A stretch of 64,000 nucleotides of DNA from Candidatus Bathyarchaeota archaeon (lineage in GTDB: Archaea; Thermoproteota; Bathyarchaeia; TCS64), in assembly GCA_963780545.1 (NCBI GenBank), contig CAWACK010000016.1:92149-156148 (forward strand), read 5' to 3'. Shown piece after piece: positions 19,178 to 28,623 of this stretch. Each line of letters starts with the position of its first letter. Position 1 is the stretch's first letter. Under the pieces are notes generated by a model that was not told the DNA's origin, ran no database searches, and was given only the letters and a program-made list of their open reading frames with translations. A program made the translations under genes and the position numbers.

Positions 19178-22100
19178 TTAATTTGTGGCTATTGATAGGA
19201 TTTCTCCTATCTGACTTATTCTCTTTTCACCTAGCATTTCCTCCATCTCCGACTCGAGTATTTTGTTGGTTTTCGTTGTCTGTCTAGCCCAGAAGATGTT
19301 GACGGTTTCCAATAATAGGGATTCTCGGCTTAGACCCATAGAGTGGCTTAGAATAAGTAACATCGCTGCCTGTATCTCCTCCGATGAAATGTATTCGAGG
19401 GGCCTGATCTCCGCTTCGGACCCGTTCACAGGGATCCTCACTTTGATTGCTGTGGAGTTGTTGGGCCAGAGGAATTCTCCGCGTCTTTGAAATCTGCCTT
19501 TTTTAATCATATCCTCAATCGTCGCCCAGTAAGCTTTGTGGAAGGAGGACGGGGCAGGTCTTAGGTTGATAGCCTTGTTAATACGTTTGAATGCGTACTC
19601 TTGGTGTATAGGTCCCTCTATATGGACTAGTTTAGGTAGCAGATTTCTTAGTTCGAGGTGGTAAAGGTCTAGGTAGAGTTCTCTTTGACTTTGGGGAATT
19701 TTGTTGAAGGTTTGTCTTGGCTCGAGGGATGCTCTCAGGTACGGCTCCGAGCCGGGGAGTTCATCACTTCTTTTCTCGGTTACTTTTTGTTCAAGGATTC
19801 TTTTTTTTTGAGCGGTTCTCTTGAGTTGGCTGCTTTCGGGGCGTTTTTCGTATGTTTCAGCCCACTTGAGTGCTTGGTCGAGGCGCTGTATCTCGGTTGA
19901 TCGTCTCTGAACCCACTCGGGCGACCAAATTCTATGGAGGTTCCACCCCATTCCTTCGAGTACCTGAGCTCTGAGTCTGTCCCTGTCCCTCGCTGTCGCT
20001 GTTGATCGGTAGCCCTCGCCATCGAGGATTATTCCGAGTATGAACTTCTCAGGGTTCTCAGGAACCTTTACACCTATGTCTACTCTCAGTGAGCTTTCCC
20101 CAACCTGGAGCACTGCCACGTAGCCGAGTCTGCGGATCTCTTCAGCGACTTCTTTCTGTATTTCTGATTGTATTGTCACTTCTCCTTCTAGTTTCTCAGG
20201 TTTTGTTGTCTGCTCCGTGTATGCCAGATAGTTGTGCAGACATTTCACTCCAAAGGATTTTGTTGAGGATAAGTCGATGTCACTTGACTTGATGGAGCTA
20301 ACAAGTATAACCTTCTCGCGTGCCCTCGTCACAGCGACGTTCAGCCTGCGCTCCCCGCCCTCCATGTTTAGTGGGCCGAAGTTCATGGTCATGACGCCTC
20401 CCTTATCATAACCATATCCCACGCTGATCACCATGACATCTCTCTCATCTCCTTGAACGTTCTCGAGGTTCTTGACGAAGAAACCTCGGAGGCGGTCCTC
20501 CTGCAGGAGCTTCCCATACTCGGGGCTCTTAGCTAAGCGGGTCTCGATCTCGTCCTTTACTGTGTTCATCTGGCTGATGCTGAAGGTCATGACTCCGAGG
20601 GATTTTTCTGGGTGCTCTTTTAGTTGTCTGAACACGATGTCAGCAACCACTTCTGCCTCCCTCAAATTGTTGCGAGCCCCTCCGCGGTCGTAGACTCCGT
20701 CTGGAACATATGTGAACTCTATTCCGAGTCCGCCTCCCTTATCAGTGGCTGAGGGGAATAGGATGAGTTTGTCGTCGTAGAACTCCCTGTTTGAGAATAC
20801 GATGAGTGAGTCGTGTTTGCTCCTGTAGTGCCAGCGAAGCATGCTGACTGGGAGTCCCATTCCCATACACTCGTCCAGGACGCTGTCATAGACCCCCACT
20901 TCGTCGCTTGCCTCCTCCCACTCGAAGTCATTTTCAGCAACGTACTGGAAAAATGGTGTAGGTGGTAGCTGCTTGTTGTCGCCGGCCACAATCAGTGTGT
21001 CCCCCCTGTATATGGATCCCACCGCGTCCTCGGTGAATATCTGTGAAGCCTCGTCGAAGACTACGAGGTCAAAATGTAGCCGCTCGGGGAGGATGAACTG
21101 GCTAACGGAGATAGGGCTCATAAGGAGGCAGGGTTTAAGCCTTCGAATGAGGTTGGGTATTCTGTTGAAGAGGTGGCGGAGTGGCATCTGCCTCCGCTTC
21201 TTGGCCGCCTCCTTGAGGAGGATGGTAATCTCAGAGTCGGGGGCCTCAACGAAGACTCCTTGGGGCTTTTTAGTGTTAGCTGCTTCGATGACTTTTTTCG
21301 GCGACTCCTCTATCAGTCTTGCGTCGAGGGATCTGAAGTCATCGACTGCCTGATCATGTTCCTTCGACCTGAAAGAGCCAAGATTTGAGTCCTCCTCCGC
21401 GAAGTGGTTTAGGAGGCCGCTGTAGATGGATTTCCTGTAGATGTCGATTAGTAGTTCTCTGTTGTACTTCTTCTCAACGAGTTCTTTGACGAGGTTTCCT
21501 AGTCCCTCTTCTATGAGTCTCTTAAATGAATTATTGTAATCGACCCAAGCTTGAAGATCATCTATCCTTTGGGCAAGTTTCTTCGAGACGAGTAAAACCT
21601 CATCGACACTGAGGCTCTGGGCTCGTTTATCCCAGAGGGGGTAGCTGAATCTTGAGTTCAGTTCGTCGATTAGACGATAAATTTCTCGGAGGTGCTTCTG
21701 GGTCTCAAGTTTGGGTCTCCCAAGTGCGGGGTCGGTGGCGAAGTTGATGGTTTCCGCTGAAGGCTTCAGCGGTAGTGCCTGCAGGAGGCTGCGTGTCCAG
21801 TTTATGGCTCCAATTACCTTCAGCCAGTCGGTGGAAACCCCCTCATAGAGTCTCCCATACGTCTCTCTTTGTTGGGGAGCCAGCTCAACTTCAGCTTCCT
21901 CGAAGACTCGTAGCATTTCCGTCTTCCTGATGTCTGAGAGGAGCCGGGAGAGGGTCTTCGGGGGGTCTATGATCGCTGTAATGAGGGCAGGTTGAATGTT
22001 TTCTCGGAGGATGTCTAATCGTTTGTTGAGCTCAACAGCCCATTCTTTCAGGTGATGCAACTGAATGTTCATAATCCTAGTTTCTTCGCCTGGAAGATTC

Positions 22101-24724
22101 TCAGGTAGGATCACACGCAACGGTTTTTGGGCTGCTCTCCAGCTCTGAAGTGAATTGCCTAAGCTTTGGGATTTGGTAAGGAGTTCTTCACTCGGTTTCG
22201 TGGCGACGCAGAGGTTGTCTTTCAGCAACTTCGGGGCCCTTGAGGCGCCTATAAGGCGCAGGGTCTCCCTAGCGGTCTTCATGGCTTCTCCGATCACTTC
22301 GAAGTCAGGGTTCTCTTCCTTGTAGTAGGACCCTAGTCTGCTTTTGGCTTCATCTTGCTCGGAGGCGATTGTTTTTGTCAGCTCCTTCAGCTCTGATGCC
22401 ATCTTGAGGTCCTGTAGGATTTTGGTTGGTATCTCGCCAGTCTTTGTTACTCTTGATATTTCGCGTCTGATGTTGTAGTAACTCGGTCTCAGGTACCTAA
22501 GGGGGGATGACCCTGGTCCCTCAAAGAAAGTAATCAAGGTTTGAAGATCTAGGGTTGTGATCTCGTCTTTGTAGGCGGCTAGTTTTACCCTGAGTTCGTC
22601 TCTTCTCCGGTGTTCTGTCTTGGCTTTATCGAGATATTTCTCCGCCTGTTCAAGGCTCGTTTTGTCGAGCCAACTTCTTTCAGGTCTGATGGTTGCTTTA
22701 CAGAACTCTGTGATGCGTTGGAGTCGCCTTGCCCTGTTGATTGTCTGTGGGTCGGTGGGTAGTCCGAGGATCTCTGAGATCTTTTCTATTTGTTCCCCCC
22801 ATCCGTCAGCGTCCCTTATTGTTTGGTCTAGGAATTTACCTAGGTCGTCTATTCGTTTTAGGAGGCCCCCGTCACCCTTCGGGTTGGGTTTGAGGAGCTC
22901 GGCGGCCCTCTTCCACGTTTCCTCGACTCTGTCGGCCGTACCTCTTGGGAGTGCCCTGAATCTGTTGTCGTATCTGCTTTCAAGGTTGGCTCGTATGGTC
23001 CAGTACTCGTCCCACGCCCGCTTATGCGCTTCAGCCTCAAGCTGGAGTTTGGTGAGGTCCGTGTCCTGGAGCCATCTTGATGGGGGGTAGGGTGTGGATT
23101 CGATGATTTTTGCAAGTTTCTGGGTTGAGTCGTAGTCGTCGAGGCTCTTCGGAGCTTCGAGTTTGAGCTTTTCGCAGTAATAGTGGGTTTCCAGGCTGAG
23201 CTGTTTAGTTGAGTCGATTAGTGTGGTGAGCAGGTTGGTCCACTCGGTGCGGACATCTATAGTGTATGTTGTAGATTTGCAGCCTTTCCAAGGGAAAGAT
23301 GTGCCCTCCTCTACAACGACCCAAGAGTTCAGGAGGTGCCTCAACTGTTCCTCAAGGCCGAAGATGTTCTTCTGGTCGAGGGTGCTGAAGCTCGGGTAAC
23401 CAGATGGGATGTCTGGAATTGACTCGAGCTTGGAGATCTCGTTCAAGAGCTTGTAAGCACTTGTGTTTGATGGTTGCCTCGTCTTGTGTAGGGCCTCTAC
23501 GTAGGTGTTTAGCTGGGTTCTTCTATGCTTCAGTCGGTCTATCTCATCCTCGCTCATCCCTTTGCCGGGTTTTAGGTGCTCCGTGAGGGCCCTGCTTAAT
23601 TCGTTGATGACTTCGCGTTTATTCGCCTTATAGCTATGGAGTTCGAGACAGTATTCGTCGAGGTCTTTTTCCTTCAGACGGTTGTAGACTACCTCGAGGG
23701 CTGCCATCTTCTCGCTAACGAATAGAACACTTCTGCCGGCGGCGATGTATTCGGATATTATGTTAGCTATTGTCTGGCTCTTTCCCGTGCCTGGTGGGCC
23801 GTGCATCACATAGGATTGTCCCCTGAGTGCGTACTGGATGCAGAGTTGTTGGCTGCTATCAGCATCCAAAATCTGGAATGTTTTGCCGGGGTCCACGACG
23901 GTGTCCAGGTCCTCAACACTCGGTAGGCCTTTCTGGATGAGTCCCTCTACGGGTACACCGGCTAAGGCTCTAAGTGTGGGGTGTTCTGTGATGCGGCTTA
24001 GGTTGTCAGTCAGATCTTGATAAATAGCGAGTTTGGCGAAGCTGAAGAGTCCGAGGTATACGGTGGGCTCAACTGTCCACCCAAGTTCCTTCACGACTTC
24101 TTGAATGGCTGCCAGGTAGCTTGATGGTGTCTGCTCCTCTTCCTCTGGGAGGGTTGGGAGGTCAACACTGTGCTCGTACTTCAGCTTTAGCATTAAGGCT
24201 GGGTTGACGAGTATCTCATCCTCTATTGGTGGTATTTTGATCTGGTATGGTTCCCGTGTTGAGTCTCTGGTGAGTTCGACTGGGGTCAGAAGCAGGGGTG
24301 ATACGACTTCCTGTTTAGTATCCTTCTCTGTCCACTTCAACTGCCCGAATGTTATGTAGAGGATCCTTATGCCTCGTTCTGTGTACTCTGATTGGGAGCG
24401 TCTGCTCAGGTTTCTCAGGGTTCTGTCGAGCTGGTTTGGATCGGACCAGCCCGGTGTGATCTCTGTGCTCTTCGGCGGCCTAATTTTGGGCGGCGTATCT
24501 CCAGGCCTCGTAAGGGGAGGTTGCCTGATCTCCCAGCCTCTCCCCCTTACTACGAGTCGGCCGTACACTGTTTCCATATCTGGGGAGACTATTGTGAGGT
24601 GTGAGGTCTTGGTTGGTTGGAAGTAGATCGCCTTGTTCCTCTTTGTTAGGTCTATTAAGCGGAGCTTCCAGTCCTCTACGCGTCTGGCTACCCTAAGGGA
24701 TTCTGGAGATTCCAAGAAGACCAT
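19178..24724 (-). CDS. Giant DUF4011 / SF1 (Upf1-like, AAA_11+AAA_12) helicase / Vsr(DUF559)-like endonuclease / DUF3320 protein with ~700-aa coiled-coil insertion; Hhe-like candidate defence protein
   Basis: 1848 aa. The N-terminal 290 aa are DUF4011-like (...ILYITFGQLKW...SPLLLTPVEL...). Walker A is VMHGPPGTGKSQT, motif II DLVVFDEASQI, motif III TLIVAGDNKQLPPT, and motifs V/VI are ENVQGDERDVMVISVGY and RLNVAVTRAREKVILVSS. A PD-(D/E)xK/Vsr-like segment (...LRVDIGV...ILDGEGYRSTATARDRDRLRAQVLEGMGWNLHRIWSPEW) follows. The C-terminal 250 aa are DUF3320-like. Confidence 0.85.
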   Translation of the reverse strand: MVFLESPESLRVARRVEDWKLRLIDLTKRNKAIYFQPTKTSHLTIVSPDMETVYGRLVVRGRGWEIRQPPLTRPGDTPPKIRPPKSTEITPGWSDPNQLDRTLRNLSRRSQSEYTERGIRILYITFGQLKWTEKDTKQEVVSPLLLTPVELTRDSTREPYQIKIPPIEDEILVNPALMLKLKYEHSVDLPTLPEEEEQTPSSYLAAIQEVVKELGWTVEPTVYLGLFSFAKLAIYQDLTDNLSRITEHPTLRALAGVPVEGLIQKGLPSVEDLDTVVDPGKTFQILDADSSQQLCIQYALRGQSYVMHGPPGTGKSQTIANIISEYIAAGRSVLFVSEKMAALEVVYNRLKEKDLDEYCLELHSYKANKREVINELSRALTEHLKPGKGMSEDEIDRLKHRRTQLNTYVEALHKTRQPSNTSAYKLLNEISKLESIPDIPSGYPSFSTLDQKNIFGLEEQLRHLLNSWVVVEEGTSFPWKGCKSTTYTIDVRTEWTNLLTTLIDSTKQLSLETHYYCEKLKLEAPKSLDDYDSTQKLAKIIESTPYPPSRWLQDTDLTKLQLEAEAHKRAWDEYWTIRANLESRYDNRFRALPRGTADRVEETWKRAAELLKPNPKGDGGLLKRIDDLGKFLDQTIRDADGWGEQIEKISEILGLPTDPQTINRARRLQRITEFCKATIRPERSWLDKTSLEQAEKYLDKAKTEHRRRDELRVKLAAYKDEITTLDLQTLITFFEGPGSSPLRYLRPSYYNIRREISRVTKTGEIPTKILQDLKMASELKELTKTIASEQDEAKSRLGSYYKEENPDFEVIGEAMKTARETLRLIGASRAPKLLKDNLCVATKPSEELLTKSQSLGNSLQSWRAAQKPLRVILPENLPGEETRIMNIQLHHLKEWAVELNKRLDILRENIQPALITAIIDPPKTLSRLLSDIRKTEMLRVFEEAEVELAPQQRETYGRLYEGVSTDWLKVIGAINWTRSLLQALPLKPSAETINFATDPALGRPKLETQKHLREIYRLIDELNSRFSYPLWDKRAQSLSVDEVLLVSKKLAQRIDDLQAWVDYNNSFKRLIEEGLGNLVKELVEKKYNRELLIDIYRKSIYSGLLNHFAEEDSNLGSFRSKEHDQAVDDFRSLDARLIEESPKKVIEAANTKKPQGVFVEAPDSEITILLKEAAKKRRQMPLRHLFNRIPNLIRRLKPCLLMSPISVSQFILPERLHFDLVVFDEASQIFTEDAVGSIYRGDTLIVAGDNKQLPPTPFFQYVAENDFEWEEASDEVGVYDSVLDECMGMGLPVSMLRWHYRSKHDSLIVFSNREFYDDKLILFPSATDKGGGLGIEFTYVPDGVYDRGGARNNLREAEVVADIVFRQLKEHPEKSLGVMTFSISQMNTVKDEIETRLAKSPEYGKLLQEDRLRGFFVKNLENVQGDERDVMVISVGYGYDKGGVMTMNFGPLNMEGGERRLNVAVTRAREKVILVSSIKSSDIDLSSTKSFGVKCLHNYLAYTEQTTKPEKLEGEVTIQSEIQKEVAEEIRRLGYVAVLQVGESSLRVDIGVKVPENPEKFILGIILDGEGYRSTATARDRDRLRAQVLEGMGWNLHRIWSPEWVQRRSTEIQRLDQALKWAETYEKRPESSQLKRTAQKKRILEQKVTEKRSDELPGSEPYLRASLEPRQTFNKIPQSQRELYLDLYHLELRNLLPKLVHIEGPIHQEYAFKRINKAINLRPAPSSFHKAYWATIEDMIKKGRFQRRGEFLWPNNSTAIKVRIPVNGSEAEIRPLEYISSEEIQAAMLLILSHSMGLSRESLLLETVNIFWARQTTKTNKILESEMEEMLGEKRISQIGEILSIATN

Positions 24725-24837
24725 CCCTCTTTGAACGGAATAGTTACCCTCATCGAATAAGACTTTATACGGCGGGGCATACCGAAAGCAATCATTTATC
24801 GTAATGAATTACTTCATGGTGAGCGCGTGACTGCCAT

Positions 24838-26175
24838 TTACCTTTTGCTCAGTTTCTCCAGTGGAATCCTCGGCGTATCGTTGTACTTATAACCTCCAGG
24901 TGGGGTCCATCCGCCAAATTCAGCCATAGCTTTACCCAGCCAGTGACCTGAGGGCTTCTCAGGATTGAAGAGAGAGTGGCAGAAGGCTGATTCATCATCC
25001 GACACTGGGGGAAGCAGTAGCTCGTACTCCTTAGATCCAACGCCGAGCACGCTGCATGTGTTTGGGGTAATCCACTGACTCATACCTATTATGCCAGTGA
25101 ACTTCTCCTGCCCCGGCTCCATCACGCCTTTCTCTTCGGCTACTGAACCTGGAATCCCGTGGGCCTGCACGGACATGTCAAGAGCCGCTAAATCTATAGA
25201 GACGATGTCCCTTGAGGAGAAAACTCCGAGGTTCGGGATAACGGGTCTATCGGAGCCTGGTACGCAGTCGCATGCGGGGGCTATATCGAGGGCGTAGGTG
25301 ATGTAGCCAACGTGCTCCCTGCCTATGTGGCGGAGGTAACCGGCAGCGGCATCTCCCATGGCCACGAGGAACCAGTTTCTCCAATCCTCATATTTTTCCC
25401 TACCCCATAGATCGCATCTGAATAGGGGTCTCTGGTGGCCAAAACAGCCTATGCACTTCAATCCATCCCAGGTGGCTCTGTCTTTAGTAATTTTGAAAGC
25501 CCCAACGGGGCAGAGATTATTGCAGAGGGCAGCGTCGGGGCATTCCTCACCGGGGCAATTCTCCCCGTTGAAGCTCCAAGAGTTCCAGCCAACCTTCTGG
25601 TGGGTGCAGAGATGGACGTTGAATTTACCCCTCTTGGAGCTGCATCCGATGGCGACGTTCTTGATGCTGCCTCCGTAGACTCCGTTGCCGTGGCCTTTGA
25701 AGTGGCTCACAACTATGACGGAGTCGGCGTCTGCGATTCCCTTCGCAAGGTAGCCCTCTTTCAAAAGGAGGCCGTCGGGTATGTCGACTTTGACGTCGTC
25801 GGTGCCGTACATGCCGTCACTTATTATGATGGGGCATCCCATCGTCTCTGACGTGAAACCGTTGCGCGCCGCGGTCTCAAGGTAGAGGTCAGCTGTGCTT
25901 CGAGTCCCATAGTAGTAGTATGGTGCAGTCGTCGTATCGGTTACGAAGGGCCTGCCACCCTTTTCCTTGACCTTGTCGACGATGACTCTTACGAGTATGG
26001 GTCGCAGATAAGCTGAGTTGAACCACTCCCCCATGTGACATTTGATCGCAACCGAGTCCCCTGGTTCAAAACAGTCTCCGAGGCCCGCGTGGTCGAATAG
26101 CTGCATCGCCTTCGCAGGTATGCTCGACGACATCCTCTGGTAGCGATCATCCATAAAGTAAACCTTGCTAACCAT
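24838..26175 (-). CDS. DUF362-domain protein with ferredoxin-like Cys-rich insert (putative Fe-S protein)
   Basis: The N-terminus MVSKVYFMD...VAIKCHMGEW... and ...VIVVSHFKGHGNGVYGGSIKNVAIGCSS fit DUF362. The insert C-x-x-x...CPGEECPDAALCNNLCPVG...CIGCFGH resembles 4Fe-4S ligands. Confidence 0.55.
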   Translation of the reverse strand: MVSKVYFMDDRYQRMSSSIPAKAMQLFDHAGLGDCFEPGDSVAIKCHMGEWFNSAYLRPILVRVIVDKVKEKGGRPFVTDTTTAPYYYYGTRSTADLYLETAARNGFTSETMGCPIIISDGMYGTDDVKVDIPDGLLLKEGYLAKGIADADSVIVVSHFKGHGNGVYGGSIKNVAIGCSSKRGKFNVHLCTHQKVGWNSWSFNGENCPGEECPDAALCNNLCPVGAFKITKDRATWDGLKCIGCFGHQRPLFRCDLWGREKYEDWRNWFLVAMGDAAAGYLRHIGREHVGYITYALDIAPACDCVPGSDRPVIPNLGVFSSRDIVSIDLAALDMSVQAHGIPGSVAEEKGVMEPGQEKFTGIIGMSQWITPNTCSVLGVGSKEYELLLPPVSDDESAFCHSLFNPEKPSGHWLGKAMAEFGGWTPPGGYKYNDTPRIPLEKLSKR

Positions 26176-26257
26176 CTCAAGTTCCCCCCAAAAACCTTAG
26201 GTTAAAGTGGTCTTCGACACTATTTAAGACTCAACTTGACTTTTCGATGACAAGTTG

Positions 26258-26593
26258 CTAGGTGACTACCATGTTACGGCGTCTGCTCTCCTCATCGATC
26301 CTTGTGGCTTTTCTCTCGACTTCCTTAATCTTCTCCTCGAAATTCTTTAAGGTCGAGCCCTCGTTTTCGAGTGACCTAATTGCATCATCTAATGCTTCCT
26401 GTAGATCCTTTAACATTGGCTCCCCGATCTTCGTCCTTAGCCAAATTGTTGACTCATTCTCAGTCACAATATTCGTCACTTTCGCGACTCTGATTTGAAG
26501 ACTATTTGCGTACCCCTCGTTACCCTTCATCACGCCTAGCAACGATTTGATTTTGGTTAACTTTTCTTTTACGGCTGGGAGCCTTGTGCTCAT
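26258..26593 (-). CDS. Small coiled-coil protein (hypothetical), immediately downstream of epimerase
   Basis: 111 aa with heptad-rich, K/E-rich sequence. Its start lies 4 nt from the upstream stop. Confidence 0.35.
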   Translation of the reverse strand: MSTRLPAVKEKLTKIKSLLGVMKGNEGYANSLQIRVAKVTNIVTENESTIWLRTKIGEPMLKDLQEALDDAIRSLENEGSTLKNFEEKIKEVERKATRIDEESRRRNMVVT

Positions 26594-26597
26594 TTTA

Positions 26598-27446
26598 TCA
26601 CCTTAACCCATATTCTTTCCCTAGCATCTTCAATCTTTCCTCGAGTTGTTCGAAAGGTGTCCTCTGGTAACCAAGACGCCTGCTTTTATGTGTATTATAC
26701 CAATCAATGGCCGTGAACACATTCGAGAACGTTGGATCTACCTCGACTCCAAGCGCCGCGTAGAACCTCTGCACGTATTCGTGGCCCAGCATCCGCCAGG
26801 ACTCACCCCCCGCAATGTTGAATGTCTCTTTTTCTTCAACCACTTTTAATGCAGCCACAATTGCGTTGGCAGCGTCCTCAACGAAGATGAACTCGACTCT
26901 CTGATTCCCATGATATGGTATCGTGGGAGGTAGCTCCACGACGTCGGCTATGCTTATCGGGGCGATCCTGAGGATTGTATAGGGATTACCAGACTCAGCG
27001 ACCGCGGTTTCTCCAAGGATTTTACTCATCGAGTAATTATCGTGTGCTGCGAGGTGGTGTTGCTCGTCTATAATCTGTTTCTCACTGGCGGTCACCCCAT
27101 AAACTGATATCGAGGAGGCTAAAACCATCGGGGTTCCTTGCTTTGAGGTCCTCAGCAGGTTTCTAGTTCCTTCAATGTTCACCTTCGACGTTAGTCTCTC
27201 ACTCTCTTCACTCTTAGGGGGCATTATTGCAGCTAGGTGGATAATCGCCTCCACACCTTCACAAGCGCGTGATACATTCTCCGGGTCGGTTATGTCACCT
27301 TTAAGGAGTTCAACTCTGCTGAGGGCTTCAAGGAGAGCCCAATTGACTACTGGTAGATCGAAGACTCTCACCTTTTCACCCTCCTTTATTAACAGTTTTA
27401 CGACTTCGTAGCCTAGACGACCCGCGCCGCCGGTGACAAGAATCAT
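26598..27446 (-). CDS. NAD-dependent epimerase/dehydratase (SDR family)
   Basis: MILVTGGAGRLGYEVVKLL is a Rossmann GxxGxxG motif at the N-terminus. Length is 282 aa. Confidence 0.8.
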   Translation of the reverse strand: MILVTGGAGRLGYEVVKLLIKEGEKVRVFDLPVVNWALLEALSRVELLKGDITDPENVSRACEGVEAIIHLAAIMPPKSEESERLTSKVNIEGTRNLLRTSKQGTPMVLASSISVYGVTASEKQIIDEQHHLAAHDNYSMSKILGETAVAESGNPYTILRIAPISIADVVELPPTIPYHGNQRVEFIFVEDAANAIVAALKVVEEKETFNIAGGESWRMLGHEYVQRFYAALGVEVDPTFSNVFTAIDWYNTHKSRRLGYQRTPFEQLEERLKMLGKEYGLR

Positions 27447-27907
27447 TTTCTCGCCCTAAATCTAGTGAGTATCCCTAGAAATCTTTTTACCCACTCGATG
27501 GTGCTTCGACGCGTGTGCGCGCAATGTATTTTTAGACTTAATGGATATGACTCGTATTTTTGGTAAGCGGGGAAAAGAGTTCTTAGTGGTTATCTATGGC
27601 GGATGTAGCCAAAGTAGATTACGACGACGCATATCTTTACGGTCAAAAGACCGCCGATGAATAGTCCCTCCCCCAAAGTCAGCTTAGGATGGTAACTCGT
27701 GCACCGACTTACATTGGCGTCGACGATCTTGAGCCATATACGTTCAATACAACTATCTAGTACTCGCCTGTTGTGGTGCGCGCATGCGATTATGGTTAGT
27801 AAAATTGCACGAAAGGGTTGGAAACTGATCAATTAATCAAGAGGCACAAATATGATGTGGGTAGCCCTTTTTATAGGGCCCTCATGAGAGGTTTCCTGGT
27901 GAACTAA

Positions 27908-28450
27908 TTGAAGGTCCTAGGTATAGTTGGCGGGGCTAAGAGAGATGGAAACACTGCTAAGCTCGTTGAGGAGGTCCTCGCTGGGGCTAGGGAGGCGGGA
28001 CACGAGACTATTCTCTTCAAGCTCGGGGAATTGGAGATCGGTCACCTCGGGGATAAGGATGGGGAGACGACGTTTCCTAACGACGACTTCGAGAAGATAA
28101 AGCCCCATATCGAGTCAATGGGGGCCCTCGTCCTCGGCGCGCCCATCTGGTTCAGCACCGTCGACTCTCGTACACACGCCTTCATCCAACACCTCTACTG
28201 GTACAGCAGCTACTATAGTGAGGAGAACAAGGCTAAGTTGCCCAAAGGGGCGAAGGCCATTAACTGCATAACCTACGGTTGGGATAAGCCCCACATTTAT
28301 GATGACGTCCTAGACTGGCTCAAGGAAATGGAGAAGGGCTTCGGCATGAAGAAAATCAAGGGCATCGCCGCTTCGAACACCGGCGAGAAACCAGTCGAGA
28401 CCCGTAAAAACCTACTCAAGAAGGCTCGCGATGCTGGAAGAAATCTTTAA
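27908..28450 (+). CDS. NADPH-dependent FMN reductase / flavodoxin-like fold protein, TTG start
   Basis: MKVLGIVGGAKRDGNTAKLVEEVL...LVLGAPIWFSTV... is typical of the NADPH-dependent FMN reductase and iron-sulfur flavoprotein family. Confidence 0.6.
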   Translation: MKVLGIVGGAKRDGNTAKLVEEVLAGAREAGHETILFKLGELEIGHLGDKDGETTFPNDDFEKIKPHIESMGALVLGAPIWFSTVDSRTHAFIQHLYWYSSYYSEENKAKLPKGAKAINCITYGWDKPHIYDDVLDWLKEMEKGFGMKKIKGIAASNTGEKPVETRKNLLKKARDAGRNL

Positions 28451-28623
28451 CCACCAGGAATGGGTGTTCCCTAAGCGCGTACGTATGGTAATTAACATTT
28501 CTTAAAAGCGCCACATCAATATATAGTGTTTTAAGGGACAGCCGCGTGCGGAATCGATGTTGTTCATTTAAATGTTGAACGCGTCGATTTGTCTCTAATC
28601 CTAGTCGATGAGGCGCTGCTAAC

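Noticed and set aside
19263-24626. Numerous 60-160-aa plus-strand ORFs inside the helicase gene (e.g. 20973-21353, 22620-23090, 24369-24626)
   Set aside because: They overlap a continuous 1848-aa minus-strand ORF with helicase motifs throughout. They are compositionally biased and lack motifs.
27590-27832. 80-aa minus-strand ORF in the 460-bp gap between epimerase and FMN reductase genes
   Set aside because: It has no motif, an unusual composition and no plausible start context. The gap more likely holds the divergent promoters and (CG)n motifs noted above.
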